From Diplonema japonicum (Eukaryota > Protista > Euglenozoa: Diplonemea), in contig OZ025653.1 in assembly GCA_964019335.1 (NCBI GenBank), forward strand, positions 813,311 through 877,310: 64,000 bases of DNA, written 5' to 3'. A program made the translations under genes and the position numbers. Below, in pieces: positions 48,393 through 59,079 of the stretch. Under the pieces are notes generated by a model. The model was not told the DNA's origin. It did not search any database and worked only from the letters and a program-made list of their open reading frames with translations. Within the stretch, counting starts at the first letter, position 1. Every line of letters starts with the position of its first letter.

Positions 48393-49722
48393 ATGTCAAT
48401 GGAGAACGCCAACCTATCTACAGGTGGCTTGGAGGGATTGGTGAGCCCAGGGCTTGGTGCTTCAGATGCACCTGTGAGTACACCCTCGAAGCGTCAGAGT
48501 ACGTCAAGTGTCACAAGCAGCAGTAGTAACAATGCGAACGAGAAAGATAACTACGAGTGGCAGAAAGTGCTGGGATACGGCAGCTACAGTAGGGTGGTGA
48601 TGGCGGTGCACAAAAGCACCAACAAAACGTATGCCGTGAAAGTTGTCTCGAAGATGATGGTTGTGCGAGAGATGACGCTTCTGAATTGCGTGAAGAACGA
48701 ACGCGACATCTTGAAGCAGTGCAATCACCCCAACATAATCAAACTAATCAAGACCTTCACGTCACCTGACGAGCTCTACTACGTAATGGAATACGCGGGC
48801 GGCGGGGAGTTGCTTGAATTCATCAAAAAGGTCGGCAGATTCGATATCGAGATCCTACGTTCTGTGTCTGCCGAGATTGTCAATGGTCTTGAATACCTAC
48901 ACAGCAAGGGCATCGTCCATAGAGACCTGAAACCCGAGAACCTCTTACTTGACTCTACAAACCATATTAAGTTCATTGACTTTGGTACCGCCTTCTTGCA
49001 AACAGAGAAGGATCCCAAGCCGCCTGTGCAACCTCTCATGCGCGACAGCATTTCAAAGAATGGCAGTGTGAACCTCCCCGGGGAGGGCAATGAAATAAGA
49101 GGACAGACGTTTTGTGGGACTTTCCAGTACATTTCTCCTGAGTTGCTGGACCAAGGAATCACCACCATGGCTTCCGACTTGTGGGCCATGGGCTGCATCA
49201 TATTCCAAATGGCTGCAGGGCACCGTCCTTTCGACGGGTCAGTGATGCGGATATTCGAAAAGATCCGTTCACCTGAAAAACACCTCTCCTATCCTCCTGA
49301 CTTCCCGGTGCCTGTGCGTGCTTTGGTGGAAAAGCTGATTGTTAAAGACCCACAGCAAAGGCTTGGCGTGCCTGCTATGGGGGGCTATAAAGTTTTGAAG
49401 GGACATGAACTGTTTAAAAAAATAGATTTTGAGGCACTCCCAGAGCAAGAGCTGAACTACCAGTGGAAGTACTCAGCACCAGTGTGGGTAAGCGACGAAA
49501 CAGTCATGACGTGCCGTGCTTGCCAATCGCAGTTCACGTTCACAAACCGCCGGCATCACTGCAGGAAGTGTGGTGACATATTTTGCAACTCATGCAGCAG
49601 TCACCAAACTTCTATCCCTGGTCTGTACCAGGGGAAGGTATGTTCTGTAAATCGTGACTAATTCAAAGGTTCGCGTGTGCAACAACTGCTATCAAACACT
49701 TCGCAAGTCCACCTTGGCGTAA
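48393..49722 (+). CDS. PDK1-like AGC kinase with C-terminal FYVE finger (intron 49638-49668)
   Basis: LGYGSYSRV, HRDLKPEN, DFGTA, TFCGTFQYISPELL; WVSDE..CRAC..RRHHCRKCGDIFC..RVCNNC. Confidence 0.9.
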
Positions 49723-50276
49723 GGCGTGACAAAACGACAAATCGATAATCGCACACCGAAACAAACCTGTAGTGCAGGTTTCGTTCTGTGATTCATTACC
49801 CTGTGGATGAATAGCTCATACAGGAGGCAGCTGGTGTTGAGCCAACCACGCTGCCGCACGCTCAATACATGCAACACTCTTACTATCCTAAGGTAGGTGT
49901 ATAATATGAGTTTGTGCCATGCTGGCGGTGCTTATGATGAGTGTCCATCGCTAGCTGATGGCAAGCAGAGGTTTTGTTGGTTAGTTGTCGTTTCAGTTTT
50001 CTTTATGTTTTGGCCCTTTCGTCCCTGCTCTTATGTTTTACCTGACCCTAGAACGCAGAGCCTTTGGCAGCCGAACGATACACGTATTGTTGGTATTTCT
50101 GTAGTGAAGGCACGTCCTCTCCTCTGCATATGAGGACCGTTGTCAAGTAAGGTTTTACTTCTGGGGTGTAGGTTTGGGGCACTCCCCCCCCTTCCCGTAT
50201 TCTTTCCCTTTCTGTATTATTATTCACGAGTACCTTGCTGCGTTGTACTTCGTTCAGGTCAGCTCGTTGGGTTACG

Positions 50277-50780
50277 ATGAGTATGAAGCGAACCCTGCAG
50301 GATGTGACTGAGGCGGCATTGGAAGAGAACGCAGGTACTTTGCTGGGAGCCGTAAGCGTGGAAAACATCGAGAAAGGAACGTGCACAGAAGAGGCAATAG
50401 CTTTTGAATTATTCTTGAAGGCAGCCATGATGCAAGGGGAGGACACGTTTGACAAAGCACTTAGCATGAGCGAAAAACTATTTAGCATACCACTACCGAA
50501 GAAGGTTAAGTGTATAGACCAAGTGAAGAATAATCCGCTACTGAAGGTAATGGAAGAGCGCCATATCGCAACCCGGAGGTTTCTTCCAGAAGAAGACCAT
50601 TGCAGTAAAAGGATCAGCATGTTGGGTAGCATGAGTGGTCAACTTAAAGAAATGTGTGAAGAGGTGGTGTCGCTGAGCGATGCGCTAGCAGAGCCCTGCG
50701 ATAAGAAGATGGCAATCAAGCTCAGTTTAGCAAGGCGGAGAGTAAACGCAGGTGAGATAAAAAAGGATTTGATGTCGTGA
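50277..50780 (+). CDS. Hypothetical protein
   Basis: Helical-looking ORF co-oriented with the cluster; no motif recognised. Confidence 0.5.
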   Translation: MSMKRTLQDVTEAALEENAGTLLGAVSVENIEKGTCTEEAIAFELFLKAAMMQGEDTFDKALSMSEKLFSIPLPKKVKCIDQVKNNPLLKVMEERHIATRRFLPEEDHCSKRISMLGSMSGQLKEMCEEVVSLSDALAEPCDKKMAIKLSLARRRVNAGEIKKDLMS

Positions 50781-50826
50781 TATTTCCTCTTTTTCCTTTC
50801 ATGTGAAGTTGCACACACAGGAAGAC

Positions 50827-51828
50827 ATGAACACGCCAGTCAAAAAGCGTGACCCCCCTTCCCTAGTCGGTGATGACAACAAAAAAGGAAAAGTGACTAT
50901 GTGGATGACAGGTGGTGGAACTGCTTCGATGACGATGCCCAGCGAAAGGGGGTTGACGCTGACGCAGCAGACACAGTATTCTGTTCTGCGGCAGAAAGAC
51001 GTGTGGAACGAGGTGCGTGATGAGCTGTCTGGCGAAGTGTTTTATGTAAACACTGACACTTTGAAGACAACGTGGTACATCAAAGACACGCCATTCACAA
51101 AGCCCAAAAAGCCTCTAGGGTGCCTTACAAAAACCCTCAGAGAGCGCAAGATAGACCAATGGAAGTCCATACTCTCGCAGCCCGAGGCACCTGAGCCACC
51201 GCAAACCCCCTGCACGGCTCCTGAGAGTGTTACAGCTCCTGAGAGCGTTGCAGAACATGAGCCAGAATTAGAATCCAGCAGCTTCACATGTGGTACAGCA
51301 ACTGCGACTCATGTAATGTGCCCTTACACAGGACACATGTTTCCTCAAAACATCTTCCCATGGGAGCTGGCTCACCGGCGAAGAGAAGTCCGCAGCTTCC
51401 TCATGAAGTATGGCGTTCCGGATGAGTATATTCTGCTTGCAGAACCCGAGCCATCTCTCGAGGATCTTGCAGTGTTCAACGCACGAAGCAAGAAGAGTTT
51501 TTCGTTGATGGTTTCTGAAGCTCTCTCTTGCATTAAAAGCGAGCAAGGCAGCTGGGCAGCCAAAACACTGAAGGCCCGCCTAAATGATTTATTTAAAGAG
51601 CTCTCGGAATACGAAGAGAGTGATTCGATTCTGCCCCTCACTCTGCCGGAGAAGGGAACCCACGTCCGCCCTCATCCCACGAACTGGACATGGGGCACCG
51701 CAGAGACTGGTAGCAAGTGCGGTGTGGTCATGGCTTCATATCCTGTTACTGGATGGGTTGCTGTCAAATGGCCTGCGACGAACTGCATCGGAACATACCA
51801 CTGGGCCGATGAGCTAATACCAGCCTGA
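50827..51828 (+). CDS. WW-domain protein with C-terminal MIB/HERC2-like domain
   Basis: WNEVRDELSGEVFYVNTDTLKTTW; GTHVRPHPTNWTWG..GVV..GWVAVKW..GTYHW. Confidence 0.7.
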   Translation: MNTPVKKRDPPSLVGDDNKKGKVTMWMTGGGTASMTMPSERGLTLTQQTQYSVLRQKDVWNEVRDELSGEVFYVNTDTLKTTWYIKDTPFTKPKKPLGCLTKTLRERKIDQWKSILSQPEAPEPPQTPCTAPESVTAPESVAEHEPELESSSFTCGTATATHVMCPYTGHMFPQNIFPWELAHRRREVRSFLMKYGVPDEYILLAEPEPSLEDLAVFNARSKKSFSLMVSEALSCIKSEQGSWAAKTLKARLNDLFKELSEYEESDSILPLTLPEKGTHVRPHPTNWTWGTAETGSKCGVVMASYPVTGWVAVKWPATNCIGTYHWADELIPA

Positions 51829-51930
51829 ATGGCAGCTCTGTTTCATATGTATTGTGTTTGTTAGGTTGTAACTAAAAGGCACTGTTTAATTAGTACTGTA
51901 TATGCACTCTTTGATTACTTTTACCGACCA

Positions 51931-52845
51931 ATGTTCACTCTACCAGGCACGATGGAGCTCGTTGTTTTGCAGCATGGGAGCCACGGTGAGTATGCTGATT
52001 TCAAGACTGTGATAGAAGAGCTGAAGGCGAGGCGCGAGGATATCGTCGTGTGGGGCAGCGATACATGTAAGTGGCTGGGGACAGACAAAGGAGTCAGTGC
52101 TGTTGCTGAGATTGTCGCCAAAGAACTCGACGCATATTTGTTGCCCATCCTTGAAGAGAAGCAGGTACGGGTGTGTTTCATTGGGCACTCGATGGGGGGA
52201 CTGATTATCAGATCACTTATAACAAAAACTGTGAGCTTCACACACACAAATTTTACGCCGCTGATGTACATGTCTATTGCAACTCCGCACTTAGGCATTA
52301 GACATCTCAATCCACTTGTACAGTGTGCTGCTTGGGTTTTTGGAAAATTGTGGAGCACAACATGTCTCCAACTGTTACAATACACACATGCCATGATGGA
52401 GTTGGTCGATGATAATCATATTGCTCAGCTAGCGAAGTTCAGAACACGTGTCGCTTTCGCAAATTTGAATCGAGACCACCTGGTTGGCTTCAACTCAGCT
52501 GCGTTGGTGACGGGTTCTGGGGAAATGCTTGAAGATGACCCCACGTGCACGCTTCTAAAAAATACAATGAAACTAACAAGAAGCTCACAACCTCGAGAAC
52601 AAGATTTCCTTTCTTCCTTCCCAATGTTTAATGACGGAGATGGGACATATGCAACGAAGGTTGGCTGTCAATTTGAAGCACTCAGGAGTCTCGAGTGGAA
52701 TATGACTGGTGTCAGAATTAACTCGCACCTCTCACATCATCACATCATTGCTATTGGCACGTGGGGGAGAAACCCCGAGACAGGACGCCCTTGTGCACTG
52801 CACTTTGCAGAAAGAATAATAGAAGTATTTGATTCAGAGGGATGA
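51931..52845 (+). CDS. DUF676 putative serine esterase/lipase (alpha/beta hydrolase)
   Basis: VVLQHGSHG, FIGHSMGGLIIR, SIATPHLG, FANLNRDHLV. Confidence 0.88.
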   Translation: MFTLPGTMELVVLQHGSHGEYADFKTVIEELKARREDIVVWGSDTCKWLGTDKGVSAVAEIVAKELDAYLLPILEEKQVRVCFIGHSMGGLIIRSLITKTVSFTHTNFTPLMYMSIATPHLGIRHLNPLVQCAAWVFGKLWSTTCLQLLQYTHAMMELVDDNHIAQLAKFRTRVAFANLNRDHLVGFNSAALVTGSGEMLEDDPTCTLLKNTMKLTRSSQPREQDFLSSFPMFNDGDGTYATKVGCQFEALRSLEWNMTGVRINSHLSHHHIIAIGTWGRNPETGRPCALHFAERIIEVFDSEG

Positions 52846-52966
52846 GATTTTTTTTGGATTGCAAACAAAACTGGAAACCATAGCAGACTGGGAACCAGGA
52901 AACTGTTCACAAAGACGGGAGATTTTTGAAGGGAGATTTTTGCCGGAAACAAAGGTTGTCGAAAAT

Positions 52967-53292
52967 TGTCACAATTGAAACTCCACCAAAGTTCTTAAAA
53001 TCTGGGAGGTCGTCTCTTGTTACTAGAGGCGGCTAATGCCTCGAGACCCAGGTGCTGCCTGGTGGGTGGGATCGGTTTTATTTTAAAATGAAAAGAGCGT
53101 GGTGAGGGGGTCCAAGTAATTTACTACAGGGAGCAGTGGACCAGGACCGACCAATGGCTCAGTAACAGAGACTGCTTTTCACGAATCACTTTCATACACT
53201 TCTCTTGGTTTGAAGTGATATCCCTTTCCCCTTTCCCTTGAATTGTTTTCTCTACTCCCCTTCCCGCCTGGTAGTGGAATATTTATTATTAT
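52967..53292 (+). mobile_element. SINE-like element, copy 1, with (TTA)n tail and 11-bp TSD
   Basis: TSD ttgtcgaaaat at 52956-52966 and 53293-53303; highly similar to 56022-56371. Confidence 0.75.
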
Positions 53293-53295
53293 TTG

Positions 53296-55925
53296 TCGAA
53301 AATCCTTGCTGGAACACGACACCCTGGTGCTCTACGAGAAGGCACAGCGTCAACCGGGGACGACAGCGGAGAAGGCAACAAAGATATCCGGGGGTCAGAT
53401 GTGGTACGGGAAAAGCTGGCGAAACACCGCGCTCGACTTGGCGAAGAGTCTCGGGATGCCGGAACGCGAAGACCTACCGCACCACTCAGTCACTCAGAGC
53501 GCAGACCTGCAGCTCCCTCCATAGGTCCAACCCAAAGTGGGCTGAGTACACGAAGGAATTGTCACAGAAGAAAGACCTGGGGCATGCTTTCAGGACGATA
53601 AAGACGCTCGATGGTAGGAAGGGCAAAGAACCTGTGGCGCCGCTGATGGCTGGTGAAAGATTACACACCACAGCGACAGAGAAGGCAGACGCACTGGTGG
53701 ACCACTACGCGGAGGCATTTGCACCGACGACATCGCGGTGGTGGTTCATGAGAAAGATGTTGAGAAACTGAACGAGAAGCTGTCGAGGATCCTGAGGATC
53801 GTGGAGACTTGGTGCTCCTGGAACTCGATGGTGATATCAAAAGACAAGACAGAGTTCTTGCCAGTAGCGGGCATCTCATATCCCCAAAGGACCCTAAAAG
53901 GGAAGATATCGGCAACCTTTGCGGGGGGTGAAGAGCTCAGGGTAGTTGAAAAAACAAAGCTGCTCGGAGTCACGTTTGAGGAAGACATGTTTTTCGCCGC
54001 ACATACGGCAGACGTCTTGAGAAGGGCGGAAAGCAGAGTCAGGCTACTGAGAAGACTGGCAGGAACGAAGTGGGGTTGCAAGAAAGTGGTAATGAGGGCA
54101 CTCTACCTCACAATCGTACAGCCAGTTTTCCGTTACTGTCTGGGGGCGTACGGACCTTTCGTGATAGGCGGGAGGGGCACGTACCACGAAGGAATCCAGA
54201 AGCTGCAGTACCGGGCAGCTTTAACGATCACAGGATGTGTAGCGACATCAGAGACATTCGCTACACTAAACGAGGCTGGCTTGTGGACACTCGATGCGCT
54301 GATCGAACACGACAGTCTACTGCTGTACGAGTCCATCATTAGGAAGGAGAACACAGCTGCCTTTCAAGCTACACAACCCCTGAAGGATCTGACCAGATAC
54401 GAGGTACTGTTCCCGAAGAAAACATGGTCAGATCGACAAAGGGAAGCAGCCAGGGCCTACAAGCTCCCAGAGAGAGCGGCAACACCATTCTCAGGTTATG
54501 CCTTTGAGAAGAAGTACAGAGTTACACCTTGGCAGAGATTCGAGGGTAAACTGATACTGGCCCCCTTCCTCGACATACATGTGAAGAGATCGGACACCAG
54601 TGAAGTCAGAAGGAAAGCAACAGAGGACACTCTGAACGGGCTTATCGAGAAGCACGGAAAAGCCTTCTGCATGATCTTCACAGACGGGTCATTGAAGGAC
54701 GGCAGGAACGGAGGAGCTGCTGCGATACTGTTGCGAGGGGAGAGAAAAGCTTCGTATGGGGTCAGCGGTGGATCCTATACGTCATCCTACAGGTGCGAGC
54801 AAAGGGCCATAGAGCTGGGGCTGCACCTCGCGACAAACCTCTCGAAGAGAGTGGGCACGAGCCAAGAGATGGTCCTTATTTGCACTGATTCGCAGTCGGT
54901 AATAAGGAGGATGTGCCAGGGGCACCTGTCCGCTGTCTCTGCAGACGAGTACAAACTGTGGCACGAGGTAGCGGGACTTGTAAAGAGAGGCCACAAAGTG
55001 GTCATACAGTACGTACCAAGTCACTGCGGATTCAAATGGAACGAGATGGCGGACAAGAAGGCGAAGGAGACCTGCCGGGCAGTTGCCCACGAACAGAAGA
55101 CCAGCATAGACATCGTGAAGTCACTGGTGAGAAAAAAGGTACTGGCGAGCCACCTCCTCTTCTGGAAAAAAACGGGTGTCAAGGAGACATACCGAGAGCT
55201 TTTCGCAGGGAATTTCGAGAAGTTTGAAGAGCTGAACAGGGAACAAGAAGTTGCGATCATGAGGCTGAGAGTGGGGAAGAGCCCCCTCATAAGCGGGTAT
55301 CTACTCAATCCCCCGGCCGATGTGGTCACATGCCACCTTTGTTCGATGCCTCAGACGCTGAGCCACCTCCTGAAAGAATGCCAGGACGATGGTAGAGCTG
55401 ACCAGAGAAGTCAGATCTTCGGTTCCTCCCTTCCTTCGCTCAAGGCCCTACTGTCAACTGACGCCGGGAAAACCGTACAATTCCTGGAACAGCAGGGCCT
55501 GTTGTGACCAACCGTGAGATATAATCCCCTTTATAAATTATATTATAAACTAAACTTTACTTATATACTTTTCTCTCAAATTATCCTGAGTTTGAAGCTG
55601 TACTGTTATACGACTTCAGACAGCAATTGTTTCTAACTCAATCTCTCGACTCTGGCTTCACTCCTATCCTTTCTTTTCACCTCCCTCCCCAGTGTCTTCC
55701 CTTATTTTCCATTACCAGGCCCCTGACCCCCGCCCCCAGTGTTATTCAAATTTTTCACTCACCTTTCATATAGAAAGAAAAAAGAAAAAAAAAAAGAAAA
55801 AAAAGAAGGACAGATGATTCAAGCTTCGGTGTACACGATCGAGCTTGATTTGAATTCCTTTATTTTTGAGAAAAAAAAAGAAAAAAAAAAAAGAAGAATA
55901 TATAAAAAAAAAAAAAAAAAAAAAA
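53296..55925 (+). pseudogene. Rearranged, internally deleted Ingi/I-type LINE (RT core lost; RT thumb, RNase H and CCHC remain in ORF 53738-55507)
   Basis: Pre-RT region (KDLGHAFRTIKTLDG..EKADAL..HYA) joins directly to DDIAVVV at about 53722; FTDGS, CTDSQS, YVPSHCG..NEMAD, CHLC..HLLKEC; A-rich tail. Confidence 0.85.
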
Positions 55926-56021
55926 CTGTAGAACGAAACTTAATTGAATTGAATTTATTGGCTCCCGAAAGCCCAACAAGTCCAGCAGACGGTGGAGTTT
56001 CACAGTCAGCTGGTTAATTTT

Positions 56022-56371
56022 TCACAATTGAAACTCCTCCAAAGTTCTTAAAATCTGGGAGGTCGTCTCTTGTTGCTAGAGGCGGCTAATGCCTCGAGAC
56101 CCAGGTGCTGCCTGGTGGGTGGGATCGGTTTTATTTTATTATGAAAAGAGCGTGGTGAGGGGGTCCAAGTAATTTACAACAGGGAGCAGCGGACCAGGAC
56201 CCCTCGACCAATGGCTCAGTAACAGAGACTGCTTTTCACGAATCACTTTCAAACACCTCTCTTGGTTTGAAGTGATGTCCCTTTCCCTTTCCCTTGAATG
56301 GTTTTCTCTACTCCCCTTCGATCCTCCCGCCTGGTAGTGGAATATTTATTATTATTATTATTATTATTATT
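56022..56371 (+). mobile_element. SINE-like element, copy 2, with longer (TTA)n tail
   Basis: Same 5' start (tcacaattgaaac) and 3' end as copy 1; no clear TSD. Confidence 0.72.
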
Positions 56372-56478
56372 TTGGAAAAAAAATTGCCGCCGAAGCCGCA
56401 CACATAGCTGACGCCACACACCCCCTCGAAGCCGCACGCACTGCGGCCGACGTCGAACTCGCGGGAATCGCTGCTGAT

Positions 56479-56970
56479 TTGGAAGCTGCACGCGAGTCGG
56501 CCGACGTGGTAGCTGCAGAAATAGCAGCTAAGATGAAGGCTGCGCAGGAGGTGGCTGATGCTGCTGTTGTCAAAATGGCAGCCGAGACGGAAGCTGCACG
56601 CGTGGCTGGTGTGGAGGCTGCTCGCAGAGCAGTCGAGGCAGAGGAGAAGGCTCTGCGCGAGCGGTCTACTGCACGACTTGCGGCAGAGGAGAAGGAGGCT
56701 GCGCGTGCTGCGGCCGAGATGAAAGCAGCCGAGGAGAAGAAGGCTACAGCCGCAGCCGCTGCAGCCGAGAAGAAGAAAGCCGCAGCCGCCGCCGCCGCCG
56801 AGAAGAAGGCCGACGCCGAGAAGAAAGCAGCAGCCGCCGCCGCCGCCGAGAAGAAGGCCGCAGCCGCCGCCGCCGCCGAGGAGAAGGCCGCCGCCGAGAA
56901 GAAAGCCGCAGCCGCCGCCGCCGCCGCCGAGAAGAAGGCCGCTGCCGACGCCGCCAGGAAGAAAGCTGCA

Positions 56971-57001
<31 letters not shown>

Positions 57002-58938
57002 AGAAGGAGACCGCAGCCGCAGCCGCCGCCGCCGAGGAGAAGAAGAAGGTCGCAGCCACCGCCGCCGCCGAAAAGGAAGCCGCCGCAGCCGCTGCCAAAA
57101 AGGAGGAAGCTTTGAGGTTGGCGGCCGCCAAGAAGGCAGATGCCCAGAAGGTCGAGGACGAAGCAGTCGCGAACGCTTCCGCCAACGCGTCAACAGACCA
57201 AGGCACGCTCCTCCTCAGCTCAGACTCTGACACCAGCTCTGGCCCTGAGGAGATGGAGGACGACCCTGCCCCTGCCCCTTCCACAACCCCGCGATGGGAC
57301 CTGGTGCCAGACACATGGGACGCCCCGATCTACACTAACGTGTCCCCCCCGACGGAAACATCCCGCGCTGTCATTGCGCTCGACGATCCCTCCGGAATGG
57401 GGGTCGTGTGCTCCGCGTTACCTACGGCATCCATCACCTTTGTCCTTATGACAGAGGTCCCCGGTGTCACCACCCCCAGCGAGATTGTCATGGTCTCTGG
57501 GTCGCGCGCAGTGAACAGGAGGGTCCACGTCTCCACGTTCGGGCTGGACCCCCCCACCTACACCCCGCCTTCCACCTTCAACAGCGGATCGGAGGTCGTC
57601 TACGTCTGTGTCAGTGCAGACAGCCTGAAGGAGGCGAAGGCCAGGGTCCTGGAGCTCGCCAAGGCTCAGGGCGCGGTGGTGGAGGATCGTGCGGTCTTCC
57701 GCCCAAGGAAGTTCGGTGAGGAGGAACCGCGGGCGAGGCACTGGACCCACGAGGTGGGGCTGCGCCTGCAAGCAGCACACGTCCACGCCGTCCTGCGCCG
57801 GTCCGGGGACGGGTGCATGATCCGGACGACGGAGAGACGCGGGGGGTACGCTTATGTACCCATCGTGGCGGAAGGGAGGGCGGATGCCTTTCGGATTGCG
57901 GGGACGCTGGGTGGGTTGTCTCTCGGGGTGGCGCACCGTAAGGGATGGACTGTGCGGTGCCTACCGGAGACGGAACAGCGGCTCCGGGAAACCCTCGCAA
58001 AACTGCGTACGAAGCGCAAGTTTTTGCTCACCGGGGCCCCGCCGTCCATCACCAGGGCGGCCTTCGATGAAATGATGGACCACATCGGCTGGAAACCATC
58101 CTCCGTCCTGCGGCGCACGCAGACGATGTTCCAGGGCACGAGGCAACTCGTGTTCTTCATCGTCGTCGACAGCCCGCCCCCGAAGTCCAGGACGTGGCTC
58201 CTTGGGGGGCGCCTTGTCTGCCTCCGTGATGCGGACGACCACCCGACCGTCAAGCCACCCCCTCTCATCAACAGGACGACACCTGCATCTGCACCTGCGC
58301 TTGCAACGTCCTCGACCCCGGCACCCACATCTTCTCATGTACCTGCACCTGCGCCTACACCTGTACCTGACCCGGCACCTGTATCGGCGTCGACACCCTC
58401 GGGGACTGACCCTGCGGTGAAAGCAACTGGGCTTCCTCCCACCAGCCCGTGGGCGTCCATACCGAGCTCGGTGGCTCCCCCCCAGCTCGACACTGTGACG
58501 TCCCCTACACCGCCCCGCAACGTGTCTGGGGGAAACAAGGAGGGGGTCCCTTCCGGGTCGCCTGAGGTCGCCGCTCTCACTGAGCTCGTCGCCACGCTGA
58601 AGGAGTCGATCGTCGGGCTGCAGAGGACGATCGACTCTCAGCAGGAGATGATCTCCGATCTGCGGACGACGCTCCGCCTCCTCCTGCCGCAGGCGGCCAC
58701 GCTGACGACGGGAACGGCAGTGCCGCGGGACCCTACACCGGGGGCGACGACGACACACGACAGTGTCTGGAAAGGGAAGGGGAAGGGGAAGAAGGGGGCT
58801 CCTCCTCTCGCTACGACCTCTGAGGCTGCGGTGACGAACCTGGGTACGAGGGGGCGGGCCAGGTCGTTCGCGGAGACCAAAGATCTCTTCACCAATGGGG
58901 TCAAGGGGCGCTCTGCCTCCATGGGTCCATCCAATTGA
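56479..58938 (+). CDS. Retrotransposon ORF1: Ala/Glu/Lys repeat helix, central globular region, Pro-rich linker, coiled coil
   Basis: 819-aa ORF directly upstream of pol; the frame is open back past the element junction; first ATG at 56533. Confidence 0.7.
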
Positions 58939-59079
58939 AGGGGCCCCGCAGAACAGGGGGAGCAGCAGATCTACGACCATGCTCCCTCTCCTAGTCTCCC
59001 TCGCATCCTCCCCAGGAGACTCCTACCTCTCTGTTTCTTCACCGACTTTTCTGCACTGATCCCCACCCTACTCGGGAGG

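Noticed and set aside
53095-53150. Resemblance of the SINE core to SRP helix 8, the pistol ribozyme or an HDV ribozyme
   Set aside because: Only partial motifs match, and I could not build a complete fold by eye.
53155-53180. ACAGAGA box suggesting U6 snRNA, or a group I intron R element
   Set aside because: The downstream U6 sequence (AGATTAGCATGG) and the group I P, Q and S elements are absent.
56367-57314. 315-aa Ala-rich minus-strand ORF
   Set aside because: Antisense shadow of the GCC repeats in ORF1.
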